Counted from the first letter of the stretch, positions 36,494 to 46,037 are shown. The stretch is 64,000 bases of DNA from Deltaproteobacteria bacterium (GCA_019308995.1 JAFDHD010000006.1:5221-69220), one strand, 5' to 3'. The notes: generated by a model not told the origin, from the sequence alone. A program made the numbers and translations.

Positions 36494-37489
36494 ATGAATT
36501 CAATGTTTGATACTTCTAAGCTTGTTGAGGCCATTGATCGCTTTTCTGAGGTCAAGATCCTGATCATCGGAGATGTCATGATGGATGAGTTCATCTGGGG
36601 CACGGTCGAACGGATATCCCCGGAGGCCCCAGTCCCGGTGGTGAATGTGACGCGTGAAACTAGGGTTTTGGGCGGAGCGGGTAATGTGATCAATAATGTC
36701 GTTTCCGTGGGAGGGCAGGCCATGCTTGCAGGCGTGGTCGGGCCGGACAGGATGGGCCGCAGAATCATCAGTATGCTTCAAGATCTAGGCAGCAGCCCTG
36801 ATGGTATCTTTATTGATGAAAACCGGCCGACTACCATCAAGACCCGTATCGTGGCTCAGGCACAGCAGGTGGTTCGTTTTGACCGCGAAAAAAAGGATTC
36901 TTTAAAATCGAAAATGACCGAAAAAATCCTTAATTTCCTTAATGAGCTGGCTGATTCTCTGGACGCGGTCATCATCTCTGACTATGGAAAAGGTGTGATC
37001 TCACTCGAATTGATGGACGGAGTTCGGCAATCCCTTGAAGGGCAGAATGTTATCATCACCGTTGACCCCCAGATCAACCATTTTTTGTTTTACCGAAATG
37101 TTACAGCCATAACCCCTAACCACTATGAAGCCGGAGCGGGCGTGGGGGTTAAAATTGATTCGGAAGAAAGTCTCGAACAGGCAGGCAACATGCTCATGGA
37201 TGGGCTTAACCTGGCCTCAGTGCTTATCACCCGGGGCGAGCAGGGAATGGCTCTTTTTGAAAGAGACCTCTCCCCGGTGCATATCCCGGTCGTAGCCAGG
37301 GACGTCTTTGACGTTTCCGGAGCTGGTGACACGGTTATTGCCGCATTAACCCTGGGTTTGGCTGCCGGGTTGTCCTTTCAGGAAGCGGCCGCCTTGTCCA
37401 ATTTCGCCGCAGGCATAGTGGTTGGTAAGATTGGGACGGCTGCAGTTACAGCCGAGGAACTTAAGGCGGCGGTTATAAATATCGAGTAA
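36494..37489 (+). CDS. D-glycero-beta-D-manno-heptose-7-phosphate kinase (HldE/RfaE domain I only)
   Basis: PfkB-family sugar kinase: ILIIGDVMMDEFIWGTVERISPEAPVPVV and C-terminal DVSGAGDTVIA. No fused adenylyltransferase domain. Confidence 0.88.
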   Translation: MNSMFDTSKLVEAIDRFSEVKILIIGDVMMDEFIWGTVERISPEAPVPVVNVTRETRVLGGAGNVINNVVSVGGQAMLAGVVGPDRMGRRIISMLQDLGSSPDGIFIDENRPTTIKTRIVAQAQQVVRFDREKKDSLKSKMTEKILNFLNELADSLDAVIISDYGKGVISLELMDGVRQSLEGQNVIITVDPQINHFLFYRNVTAITPNHYEAGAGVGVKIDSEESLEQAGNMLMDGLNLASVLITRGEQGMALFERDLSPVHIPVVARDVFDVSGAGDTVIAALTLGLAAGLSFQEAAALSNFAAGIVVGKIGTAAVTAEELKAAVINIE

Positions 37490-37670
37490 CTAGTCGCCTC
37501 TGAGGCCGCCATGAACCAATCCATAAAAAAAGAGATTTATTGGAACACGTAATACCCTTATCTGACTTCAAATACAGGCAGTGCTGTCTATTGTTGACTT
37601 TTCGACTTTGAGGGGATATTTTTTGATTCTATTTTTTAGAAATCCTGAATGAAAATCTTGAGGGCATTGA

Positions 37671-38969
37671 ATGAATATCTGTGTAATAGGTTCAGGCTAC
37701 GTGGGATTGGTTACCGGAACTTGCTTTGCTGAGTTCGGATTGAATGTTATTTGCCAGGACAAGGATAAGTCCAGGATCAGCGATCTAAAAGCTGGTCGGG
37801 TGCCAATTTATGAGCCCGGCCTTGAGGAGCTTTTAAACAAGAACCTTCGTGAAGGCCGGTTGACTTTTACGACTGATATTAAATCAGGAGTTCAGCAATC
37901 CCTGGTTATTTTCATTACTGTGGGCACTCCATCCACCGCTACAGGGGAGGTGGACCTGGAAAGCGTCAGGGAGGTTGCCGCCCAGCTAGGCCAGAACATG
38001 AACGATTACAAGGTGATCGTAACCAAGAGCACTGTCCCTGTCGGCACCTGTCAGATGATCGAGGACATCATTAAAGAGAACCAGGTCGAAGAGCATTCCT
38101 TTGATGTCGTTTCCAATCCGGAGTTCCTCCGTGAGGGCTCGGCCATCGAGGACTTCATGCGGCCCAATCGAGTCGTGCTTGGCGCCAAAAGAGAGCAGGC
38201 CTTGGCCATTGTCAAGGACCTTTACCGGCCGTTATATTTGATTGAAACCCCCTTTGTTTTGACGACTATCGAGACCGCGGAGCTGATCAAGTATGCGGCC
38301 AACGCCTTTTTAGCGACCAAGATTTCCTTCATCAATGAGATAGCCAATCTTTGTGAATTGGTCGGAGGAGACGTGCGCCAGGTGGCCAAGGCCATGGGCC
38401 TGGACAATCGCATCGGGCCGAAATTTCTCCACCCGGGTCCAGGTTATGGAGGTTCTTGTTTTCCAAAGGATACCCGCGCCTTTGCCCATCTGGCTCGATC
38501 AAAAGGGTACGACCTGAAGATCGTAAACGCCGTTATCGAGGTGAATCAGAGCCAGTGGGAGCGCATGGTAGAAAAGATCGAGATGGCCGCAGGGGGCCTT
38601 GCCGGCTGTCATATTGCCTTTTTGGGTCTGACCTTCAAGCCGAATACCGATGATATTCGTGAAGCCCCGGCTGTCTTTATCATTCAGAAGCTGATTGAGA
38701 AGGGAGCGAGGGTCAAGGCCTTTGATCCGGCTGGTATCCCAGACGCCCGGCAGTTTATGCCCGAGGTTGAGTACACGGATGACGCCTATGAGACCATGAG
38801 CGGGGCCGACCTCCTGGTCATCGCCACGGAGTGGAATCAGTTTCGCAACCTTGACTGGGAAAGGATTAAAGGCCTGCTCAAAAAGAATACCGTGGTTGAT
38901 CTCCGTAATATCTACGAGCCGGTCAGGATGCGTGAACTGGGCTTTGCTTATACTTCCATCGGTCGGTAG
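37671..38969 (+). CDS. ugd: UDP-glucose 6-dehydrogenase
   Basis: MNICVIGSGYVGLVTGTCFAE Rossmann start and catalytic GGSCFPKD motif, 432 aa. Confidence 0.93.
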   Translation: MNICVIGSGYVGLVTGTCFAEFGLNVICQDKDKSRISDLKAGRVPIYEPGLEELLNKNLREGRLTFTTDIKSGVQQSLVIFITVGTPSTATGEVDLESVREVAAQLGQNMNDYKVIVTKSTVPVGTCQMIEDIIKENQVEEHSFDVVSNPEFLREGSAIEDFMRPNRVVLGAKREQALAIVKDLYRPLYLIETPFVLTTIETAELIKYAANAFLATKISFINEIANLCELVGGDVRQVAKAMGLDNRIGPKFLHPGPGYGGSCFPKDTRAFAHLARSKGYDLKIVNAVIEVNQSQWERMVEKIEMAAGGLAGCHIAFLGLTFKPNTDDIREAPAVFIIQKLIEKGARVKAFDPAGIPDARQFMPEVEYTDDAYETMSGADLLVIATEWNQFRNLDWERIKGLLKKNTVVDLRNIYEPVRMRELGFAYTSIGR

Positions 38970-38976
38970 GTCACAG

Positions 38977-39522
38977 GTGAGCCAGCTTAAAGACCCGGCG
39001 CCGGTTAAGCCCATGGTCGCTATGTTTTCGGCGAGCCGCAGAGCCATGGTGGAAGCGAGCCGGATGCTTGAAAGCGAGATTGGCCGGATTGACTTTATCA
39101 GTCAGGAATTTCCCTTTGACCAGACAACTTACTATCAGGAGGAGATGGGTGGGCCGCTCAGAAAGAGATTTTTTTCAGCGGAAAAATTGATAGACCCAAA
39201 TGACCTGGTTGATTTAAAAATTTGGACCGTTGAGCTTGAGGCCAGATTTTCCGATGATATGGCCAGGCGCCAGGTGAACATTGATCCTGGATATATCTCA
39301 ATCGAAAGGCTGGTCTTAGCCACCGGTAAAAATAATGTTCATCGCATTTACCTCGGCCGGGGCGTCTGGGCGGACCTGACCCTGATTTTCCAGCAAGGTG
39401 AATTCAGGCCACTGCCTTGGACTTATCCTGACTATGCTTCTGAAGCGGTGCGCACGGTAATGCAAGACATAAGAAGGAAGTACCTGGATCAGCTTCCGCC
39501 TGAGGCAAAGGAGCGCAAATGA
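38977..39522 (+). CDS. DUF4416-family protein
   Basis: PVKPMVAMFS...FPFDQTTYYQEEMGGPLRKRFFS...NIDPGYI matches what I recall of DUF4416. GTG 38977 lies just after the ugd stop. The track start at 38851 lies inside ugd. Confidence 0.7.
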   Translation: MSQLKDPAPVKPMVAMFSASRRAMVEASRMLESEIGRIDFISQEFPFDQTTYYQEEMGGPLRKRFFSAEKLIDPNDLVDLKIWTVELEARFSDDMARRQVNIDPGYISIERLVLATGKNNVHRIYLGRGVWADLTLIFQQGEFRPLPWTYPDYASEAVRTVMQDIRRKYLDQLPPEAKERK

Positions 39523-40397
39523 TTTTGAGCATGACCGCTTTTGGTCAAGCTAGAGGCAGGATTCTGGATCGTGATGTGACCATAGAAATACGCTCGGTCA
39601 ATAACCGTTTTCGTGATATAATCACTCGCGTTCCCAAGCTTCACGCCTCACTGGAGGATCAGATCAAAAAGATTGTCGCCAACCGCGTAAACCGGGGCCG
39701 GGTGGAGGTTCGGGTTCAGGTTGACGAGTCCTCGTCAAAAAGACAGAATCTAAAGCTCGACATGGACCTGGCGCGGGTTTACCACGATTTGCTGCTTCAG
39801 CTCAAAGAAGAAATAGGTCTGGCTGACGAAATCCAGTTGGCGCATTTTATGGATTTGGGTGATATCATCGTTTGGCAGGAAGAGGAGATTGATCTTGACG
39901 CTTTCATGGCCGGGTTGGTTCCTGTACTCAATGAAGCCCTTGACCACCTGATTCAGATGCGTTCTGCCGAGGGGGAGGCAATTGCTGCCGATTTTAAAGA
40001 GCGCCTGGATGTGATTTCATTGCACCTTGGTGAGATTGATCTCCGCCGGGAGTCCCTGCTTCTTGAGACCAAGGCCCGCCTGGAAGAGAGGGTGAAGGCT
40101 CTGACCAACGGGCTTGGACTTGACGAGGCGCGTCTTTTGCAAGAGGTGGCCTATCTCGCTGAAAGGAGCGATATTACTGAGGAGATGGTTCGTCTCAGGA
40201 GTCACCTCGATCAGTTTCGATCATATCTCAGCCATGGGGGAGTTGTCGGTCGGCGTTTGGAATTTCTTCTTCAGGAAATGAATCGTGAGGTTAACACCAT
40301 TACTTCAAAAGCCGGGGACGTGGCCGTTACCAGCGGGGCCATTGAAATCAAAAGTGAACTCGAGAAATTCAGAGAACAGGTTCAGAATCTAGAATAA
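39519..40397 (+). CDS. yicC: YicC-family stress-induced protein
   Basis: SMTAFGQARG N-terminus and C-terminal EEMVRLRSHLDQF...GRRLEFLLQEMNREVNTI (YicC_N plus DUF1732). Confidence 0.88.
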   Translation: MILSMTAFGQARGRILDRDVTIEIRSVNNRFRDIITRVPKLHASLEDQIKKIVANRVNRGRVEVRVQVDESSSKRQNLKLDMDLARVYHDLLLQLKEEIGLADEIQLAHFMDLGDIIVWQEEEIDLDAFMAGLVPVLNEALDHLIQMRSAEGEAIAADFKERLDVISLHLGEIDLRRESLLLETKARLEERVKALTNGLGLDEARLLQEVAYLAERSDITEEMVRLRSHLDQFRSYLSHGGVVGRRLEFLLQEMNREVNTITSKAGDVAVTSGAIEIKSELEKFREQVQNLE

Positions 40398-40412
40398 AAC
40401 AGAGAGAGGGCT

Positions 40413-40850
40413 ATGAGCGGGAAATTGATCAATATCGGATTTGGCAATTCCATCGTTTCTGATCGGATTGTGGCCATTGTTTCACCGAGTTCGGCGCCGA
40501 TGAAACGGCTCAAGGACGAAGCCAGGGAGCATCAGCGCCTGGTTGACGCGACTCATGGCCGACGAACCAGGTCAATAATCGTTACGGACAGTTATCACAT
40601 CATTCTCTCTGCGGTCCCGAAAGAGAAGATTATGAATGCAAAATTAACCGATATCGGATTTGGTAATTCCATTGATTCCGATCGAATTGTGGCCATAGTT
40701 CCGTCGAATTCAGCGCCAATGAAACGGCTTAAGGACGAAGCCAGGGAGCATCAGCGCCTGGTTGACGCGACTCATGGCCGACGAACCAGGTCAATAATCG
40801 TTACGGACAGTAATCACATCGTCCTTTCTGCCGTCCAGGCGGATACGATT
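40413..40850 (+). repeat. 219-nt tandem duplication inside remA
   Basis: Copy 1 is 40413-40631 and copy 2 is 40632-40850. An 81-nt core is identical between copies (40512-40592 = 40731-40811), while the 5' thirds differ at many synonymous sites. Confidence 0.9.
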
Positions 40851-40889
40851 GCCCAGCGTTTTGCCGGTGACGGACAATCCAAGGAATAG
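40413..40889 (+). CDS. remA: RemA/DUF370 protein with two tandem RemA domains in one ORF
   Basis: aa 1-73 and 74-158 each carry INIGFGN..DRIVAIV....[39 protein letters not shown]. Canonical yicC-remA-gmk context. Confidence 0.85.
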   Translation: MSGKLINIGFGNSIVSDRIVAIVSPSSAPMKRLKDEAREHQRLVDATHGRRTRSIIVTDSYHIILSAVPKEKIMNAKLTDIGFGNSIDSDRIVAIVPSNSAPMKRLKDEAREHQRLVDATHGRRTRSIIVTDSNHIVLSAVQADTIAQRFAGDGQSKE

Positions 40890-40898
40890 CTCACAAGC

Positions 40899-41504
40899 AT
40901 GCCTCGACTGATGGTCGTATCAGCGCCTTCGGGCGCTGGTAAGACAACTATCTGCCGCCGACTGGTCGAACAGGTCCCTGATCTTTTTTACTCCGTCTCG
41001 TACACCACACGAAAGCCGCGTCCCGGAGAAAAAGAAGGCGTTGATTATTTTTTTTGTGACCGCTCCCGCTTTGAGGCCATGATTGAAGCAGGGGAGTTCT
41101 TAGAATGGGCTGAAGTTTACGGACATTACTATGGCACCGGCCGGCAAAAGGTCCTCCAACAACTTAAAAACGGGCGGGACGTCCTGGTGGACATCGAGAT
41201 AGTCGGGGCCAGGCAGATCAAGGCCGCCTTTCCGGAGGCGGTTTTTATTTTTATCCTGCCGCCGACTTTTCAGGAGCTGGCTCACCGGCTTGAGCTTCGC
41301 GGCACGGAGGACGAGGCTGAACAGGACAAAAGGCTTAGCCAGGCCCGAACCGAAATCGAAGCCCATCAGATGTATGATTATCTGGTTATAAACGATGAGG
41401 TTGACCGGGCCGTAGAAGACTTGATCATGTTAGTTCGGGCCGAACGTCTTCACCTTCCAAAAGATGATCAATTCTGGAGACGTTTCTTTCAGGATTCGAA
41501 ATAA
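40899..41504 (+). CDS. gmk: guanylate kinase
   Basis: P-loop SAPSGAGKTT, TTRKPRPGEKEGVDYFF, EWAEVYGHYYGT. Confidence 0.95.
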   Translation: MPRLMVVSAPSGAGKTTICRRLVEQVPDLFYSVSYTTRKPRPGEKEGVDYFFCDRSRFEAMIEAGEFLEWAEVYGHYYGTGRQKVLQQLKNGRDVLVDIEIVGARQIKAAFPEAVFIFILPPTFQELAHRLELRGTEDEAEQDKRLSQARTEIEAHQMYDYLVINDEVDRAVEDLIMLVRAERLHLPKDDQFWRRFFQDSK

Positions 41505-41600
41505 CTCCGGCGAAGTTTTTATAGTTTTTCCCCTGAAGAGATTGCGGAAAAAGCTGGAAGGGTTTTGCATCGGTCTCTTCAGCTTTAATGGTGAAATAAC

Positions 41601-42338
41601 ATGTCGGAAATCATCGGCGGCCTGAATTCGGTCCTGGAGGCTTTACGTGCCCGCGCCGATTCATTCGAAAGAATCTACATGAGTCAGGGCCGCTTGAGGC
41701 CGGCTTTACTAGAACTTTTCAAAGCGGCTCGGGCCGCGGGAATTAAAGTAACCCGCGTGGAGAGGTCCCGATTGGATCAAATTTACGACGACCGAGGCCA
41801 TCAAGGGGTGGTGGCCCGGATTGGCGTTTACCGCTACTTTTCTTTGGAACAGATACTGGATAGGGCTAAAGGTCCGCGCTCCCTGGTTTTGATCTTGGAC
41901 GGGATTCAGGACCCAATGAATCTGGGATCACTGCTCAGATCGGCCGAAGCCGCTGGCTCAGCCGGAGTGATTCTGCCACGGGAAAGGGCCGCTCCAATCA
42001 CGGCCGTGACCCTGAAGGCTTCAGCCGGGGCGGCGGAGCATGTTGCTGTCGCCCGGGTGGTTAATCTGGTGCGGGTTATCGAGGAACTCAAGCAAGAAGG
42101 GTTCTGGGTGCTCGGGGCTCATCAAGACGCTGAAGCCAGCCTGTATGATCAGGATCTGAGTCAAAGACTGGCCCTGGTCGTGGGAGGCGAAGGCAAGGGG
42201 CTCAGACGCCTGGTCGCTAAATCCTGCGACTGCCTGGTCTCCATTCCGCTTCGAGGTCAGGTCTCATCACTTAACGCCGCCGTGGCCGGGGCCTTGGCTA
42301 TGTTTGAGTACGTCCGTCAGACTCGTGAGCAGAAATGA
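41601..42338 (+). CDS. rlmB: 23S rRNA (guanosine-2'-O)-methyltransferase, RlmB/TrmH group 3
   Basis: SpoU substrate-binding N-domain plus SpoU methylase motifs (LDGIQDPMNLGSLLRSA, VVGGEGKGL, IPLRGQVSSLNAAVA). Confidence 0.88.
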   Translation: MSEIIGGLNSVLEALRARADSFERIYMSQGRLRPALLELFKAARAAGIKVTRVERSRLDQIYDDRGHQGVVARIGVYRYFSLEQILDRAKGPRSLVLILDGIQDPMNLGSLLRSAEAAGSAGVILPRERAAPITAVTLKASAGAAEHVAVARVVNLVRVIEELKQEGFWVLGAHQDAEASLYDQDLSQRLALVVGGEGKGLRRLVAKSCDCLVSIPLRGQVSSLNAAVAGALAMFEYVRQTREQK

Positions 42339-42415
42339 CAACCTATCTTGCCGAAGCTAACATGCTCCTTACCTTAAGCTTTAGTTTTAAAATATTCATA
42401 TAGCAGGTATTAAAA

Positions 42416-42925
42416 ATGGACACTATCGAGGCCATCAAGACCAGGAGAAGCATTCGGTCCTGGAAAGACAGACCGGTGCCGGACAATCTGGTCAGGGAGA
42501 TTCTAGGAGCGGCCATGTATGCGCCATCAGCGGTCAACAGGCAACCCTGGCAGCTGGTCATGATCACCGACCGGCAGCTATTGGATAAAATCCCTGAGAT
42601 TAACCCTTATGCCGCTATCGCCAGAAAGGCCCCCATGGGGATAATGGTTTGCGGTGATCTGCACCTGGATATGTATGGGGGTTACTGGCCTCTGGATTGT
42701 TCCGCGCTCACCCAGAACCTCCTCCTGGCCGCTCATGCCAAGGGTCTGGGTGCGGTCTGGACCGGGGTCTATCCCGGAGAAGACCGTGTTCAAGGCTTCC
42801 AGCGGCTGCTCAACCTGCCCCAGCATGTCGTTCCCTTGGCTCTGGTCCTTTTGGGTTATCCGGCTGAATCCCCTGGGCCGGAGGATCGTTTCAGGGAGGA
42901 CCGCATTCATTATAATCAATGGTAG
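42416..42925 (+). CDS. nitroreductase-family flavoprotein
   Basis: IKTRRSIRSW, APSAVNRQPW and the C-terminal dimer-swap region, 169 aa. Confidence 0.85.
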   Translation: MDTIEAIKTRRSIRSWKDRPVPDNLVREILGAAMYAPSAVNRQPWQLVMITDRQLLDKIPEINPYAAIARKAPMGIMVCGDLHLDMYGGYWPLDCSALTQNLLLAAHAKGLGAVWTGVYPGEDRVQGFQRLLNLPQHVVPLALVLLGYPAESPGPEDRFREDRIHYNQW

Positions 42926-42959
42926 CGCATGTGTTTAATTGCATCAGGATGGCAGGGAA

Positions 42960-45900
42960 TTACATCATGAGCGATTCGATCACCCTGGGTAAGATTTCCG
43001 GGAGAGAGTGAATGTCCTGGATGACAAGATAGCTCCTGGGATCGCACATCTTTCTGAGGTAGTCGTTTCCGCTTTGATCAACCGTAATGCAGAACGGCTG
43101 GATGCCTTTTTTTTTAGCCTCGAGCAGGGCCAGCATGGTGTCATGGAGGCCGTATTCGTTTGAACGCCTGTCCTCACCGTAATCATGATCCTGGGGAAAT
43201 CCGTCACTCAGAAGGATAAGGAGGCGCTGGTCCGACTCAATCGGCTTCAGCTTTTCAATGGCATGTCGAATGGCCGGCCCCATACGGGTGCTTTGTTTGG
43301 GCTGGATGCCGCCGATTCGTTTCTTCATTGTTTCTGTATAGGAATCTGAAAAATCCTTGATTCGATAAAAATCAACACATTCTCTTCCATAGCCTGAGAA
43401 CCCGAAAATGGCGTAATCATCGTCAAGGGCGTTAAGGGCCTCCATAATGACCACCAGGCTCTCTATTTCGATATCTATAATCTTCTTGTCTTTGCTCGCC
43501 ATTTTATGCAAGGCGGGCTCCCGGGCCAACTCAGTCCCCGAGTTACTATATTTTTCTATATAAGGCACCAGCTCGTCTGTCGAGGCGCTCATGTCTATCA
43601 GGAGCAGGGTTGATATCTTCCTGATCTTTTTATCTCTTCTGGAAAAGATTCTATCCGAGGGGCTGGCGCTGGCCCTGCGATCCACCACCGCCTCTATCAT
43701 TGGCGGTAAATCAATCTCATCCCCCCACTCCACTCTCCGAACAACCTCGATAACATTTGGCCGGATACGCTGAAACTGTTTTTTCACCTTCTGAATAAGG
43801 TCGTTGTAATTGGCGTAGATCTCGTCAATGCGTTCGGATTCAAAAGGCTCGACCACCCTCTCCCTGAGACAGCACCACCTGGGACGATAAGCCTTGGCCA
43901 GATAATCCCATTCATCGTAATAAAAGGGGCCCTCCTGACCAGTTGATCGGTTGAAAATTGAAACAATCGGATGTTCCTGCTCATCGTAATCTTCCGCATT
44001 CTGATCATTTGATGCGCTCTTGGCCCTGATTTCATCAGCGTCCGTAATGAAAAGCCCTTGGGAAAATGGTTCTTTTGCCTCCAGAAACTTCAATTTCGAA
44101 GGATCAACGGTTTTGAGAAACTCTTTAAGCTCGTCCATGGACATGGGGATAACGCCTTCACTATCTAGGCCATCATTTATGATTTCATCAGGAGGGGCCT
44201 TCCAGGGGCCTGAACCGGGCAGAAGTTCAGGGTCAAGCCTCCCTCGGAAAAAAAGAGGAACAGAAGGAATATAGGAGCGGCTAGCCGGCAGCCTGCTTAA
44301 GTATTCGTAAATTGTAAGAGTTTTGAAAAAACAGTCCCACACGCCTCGGGCCTTTTCATAGAATCCGGAAAGGGTGTCCTTGAGAAAAGCGACGTGTTTT
44401 AAAACGGCCGGTGGTATTTCCGTTTCATCCAGACATCCAATGGTTAACCGTAATAGGACCTCAACAAGGGCCTCCTGAAAAGGAAGGTCCTTAAAAAACG
44501 GCCTTCGGCTCATGGTTCTTGAAAAAACCAGCTCGATTTCCTGCCTGAGGCCGGCGTATTCCTGCATGAGCATTCGATCAATCCGGCCGTCCTCTAAAAT
44601 AAAGAAAATATCCTCGGCCAGTTTTTTTAGGGGAAAGAATTCGAGAACGGTCAGGATAGAGGTGAGTCCGGATTTAAAGGTCCCAAATTCAATATATCCA
44701 GCCTGATGAGCCGCGGCTACTTTGTACTCGCGGAAGTTTTCTTTACGAGTCTGCTCGCTGGCGATAAATGGTGGAAGGTAGATCGTTTGACCATCACCGG
44801 TCGGATAATGTCTGACAATGGGCTTTTCATCGGAGTCAAGCTCTTCCGTGCTTTTAAGACGCAGTTTCTGACCGGCGAGTGCATGGGCGAAAATGGCAAG
44901 AAGACGACGATGATCTTCAAGAAGAACGGCTTCCTTCCATCTTAAAAGCTCATGACAAGACTCTTGAGATATGAGGGTAAAGTAGCTGATCCCGGCTTGC
45001 TCATCCTGAAGAAGGAAAGAAAGCCCTTTCTCGATCCAATGGTCGAGAAAAACCTCAGGCATTTCCTCAAGGACGCGGCTGATGTTTTTCAAATAGGTCC
45101 AGGAGGCCTGGATGGAAATTTTTCCTAGGGCTGCTTCATATGTCATGACTTTGTCTTGGGCCGGGTATGAGAGAGAGGCGATACTCGAGACGATAGCATC
45201 GAAGGCTGACGGGATTCCCCCGGGCTGTTCCGAGGACAACGTTCGAGTCGTTTCGAGGGCCGCAGCCCGAACGGTTGGGCTGAGAGTAAGAAGGGCCGTT
45301 GGACATCGCTCGTAAAACTCAATCGCCTTTTCTGGGCAGGCTTGGGTCAGGATGGAGACAAGCTGAAAAACCGTGAGACGTTCGGAGGGATATAGGACAT
45401 CCAATCCTTCTGGTATCAATGTGAAATAAGTTGACGCCAGATCGGCCGCATGTTGAGCTAGCTTGAGGCCCGTAGCATGCCAGTCCTTCAGTTCCCGGAA
45501 CGATATGAATTGGATGATCTCAACACTCGATTTCAGAAAGGAGACTGCAGCCTTTTCGCTTGATTTGCCAGCAGCCAGGATTTGGATGGCATATCCAGCC
45601 CAGGACCTGAGATGAACGATGTCTCCGTGTTTGAGAAATACTGGTGTGGATCGAAAAAAATAAATAGCTGTCAAGGGAGAGTGTTCGGTCATTTGCAGAC
45701 CCTGCTCCACCCATCCTTTCAAGTAGTGAATCGAACCCGCTGACAGGAGCGCCGGGCTTGACCGGAAATATTCCTGGCATAAACCGGACGCCTGTGCAGG
45801 TTCCTTCATGGTCTTTTGCCCCAGGATCATCCATTGTAAAAATTCTTCTCTTGACAGAAAGGGAAGGACGGCGGGGGAGGTCTTCATGAAGGCGGCAGCC

Positions 45901-46037
45901 CCTTCAGTCGAGCGGTCAAACAGTTCCCCGGCCAGGTCAATGATTTCATGACCGGATAAATCGTTAAACCACTGGTTTTCCGCAAATGGCTCTTCTTCTG
46001 TGAATAAGGCCTTTAAAAATTTTTTATCAAGCTTCAA
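42960..46037 (-). CDS. 1025-aa VWA-domain protein, CbbO/NorD-like partner of the upstream AAA+ ATPase
   Basis: C-terminal VWA domain with MIDAS LLLIDMSASTDE ... LLILLSDGFPQD. The central region resembles NorD/CbbO (HQAGYIEFGTF). The N-terminal third is a repeat array. It lies 21 nt downstream of the ATPase gene. Confidence 0.85.
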   Translation of the reverse strand: MKLDKKFLKALFTEEEPFAENQWFNDLSGHEIIDLAGELFDRSTEGAAAFMKTSPAVLPFLSREEFLQWMILGQKTMKEPAQASGLCQEYFRSSPALLSAGSIHYLKGWVEQGLQMTEHSPLTAIYFFRSTPVFLKHGDIVHLRSWAGYAIQILAAGKSSEKAAVSFLKSSVEIIQFISFRELKDWHATGLKLAQHAADLASTYFTLIPEGLDVLYPSERLTVFQLVSILTQACPEKAIEFYERCPTALLTLSPTVRAAALETTRTLSSEQPGGIPSAFDAIVSSIASLSYPAQDKVMTYEAALGKISIQASWTYLKNISRVLEEMPEVFLDHWIEKGLSFLLQDEQAGISYFTLISQESCHELLRWKEAVLLEDHRRLLAIFAHALAGQKLRLKSTEELDSDEKPIVRHYPTGDGQTIYLPPFIASEQTRKENFREYKVAAAHQAGYIEFGTFKSGLTSILTVLEFFPLKKLAEDIFFILEDGRIDRMLMQEYAGLRQEIELVFSRTMSRRPFFKDLPFQEALVEVLLRLTIGCLDETEIPPAVLKHVAFLKDTLSGFYEKARGVWDCFFKTLTIYEYLSRLPASRSYIPSVPLFFRGRLDPELLPGSGPWKAPPDEIINDGLDSEGVIPMSMDELKEFLKTVDPSKLKFLEAKEPFSQGLFITDADEIRAKSASNDQNAEDYDEQEHPIVSIFNRSTGQEGPFYYDEWDYLAKAYRPRWCCLRERVVEPFESERIDEIYANYNDLIQKVKKQFQRIRPNVIEVVRRVEWGDEIDLPPMIEAVVDRRASASPSDRIFSRRDKKIRKISTLLLIDMSASTDELVPYIEKYSNSGTELAREPALHKMASKDKKIIDIEIESLVVIMEALNALDDDYAIFGFSGYGRECVDFYRIKDFSDSYTETMKKRIGGIQPKQSTRMGPAIRHAIEKLKPIESDQRLLILLSDGFPQDHDYGEDRRSNEYGLHDTMLALLEAKKKGIQPFCITVDQSGNDYLRKMCDPRSYLVIQDIHSLPEILPRVIESLMM

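Noticed and set aside
41505-41600. Absence of rpoZ after gmk, and a 9-bp inverted repeat CTGAAGAGA...TCTCTTCAG in the gmk-rlmB gap.
   Set aside because: gmk-rpoZ linkage is common but not universal. The inverted repeat has a 33-nt loop and no U-tract, so neither a terminator nor a regulatory call is supportable.
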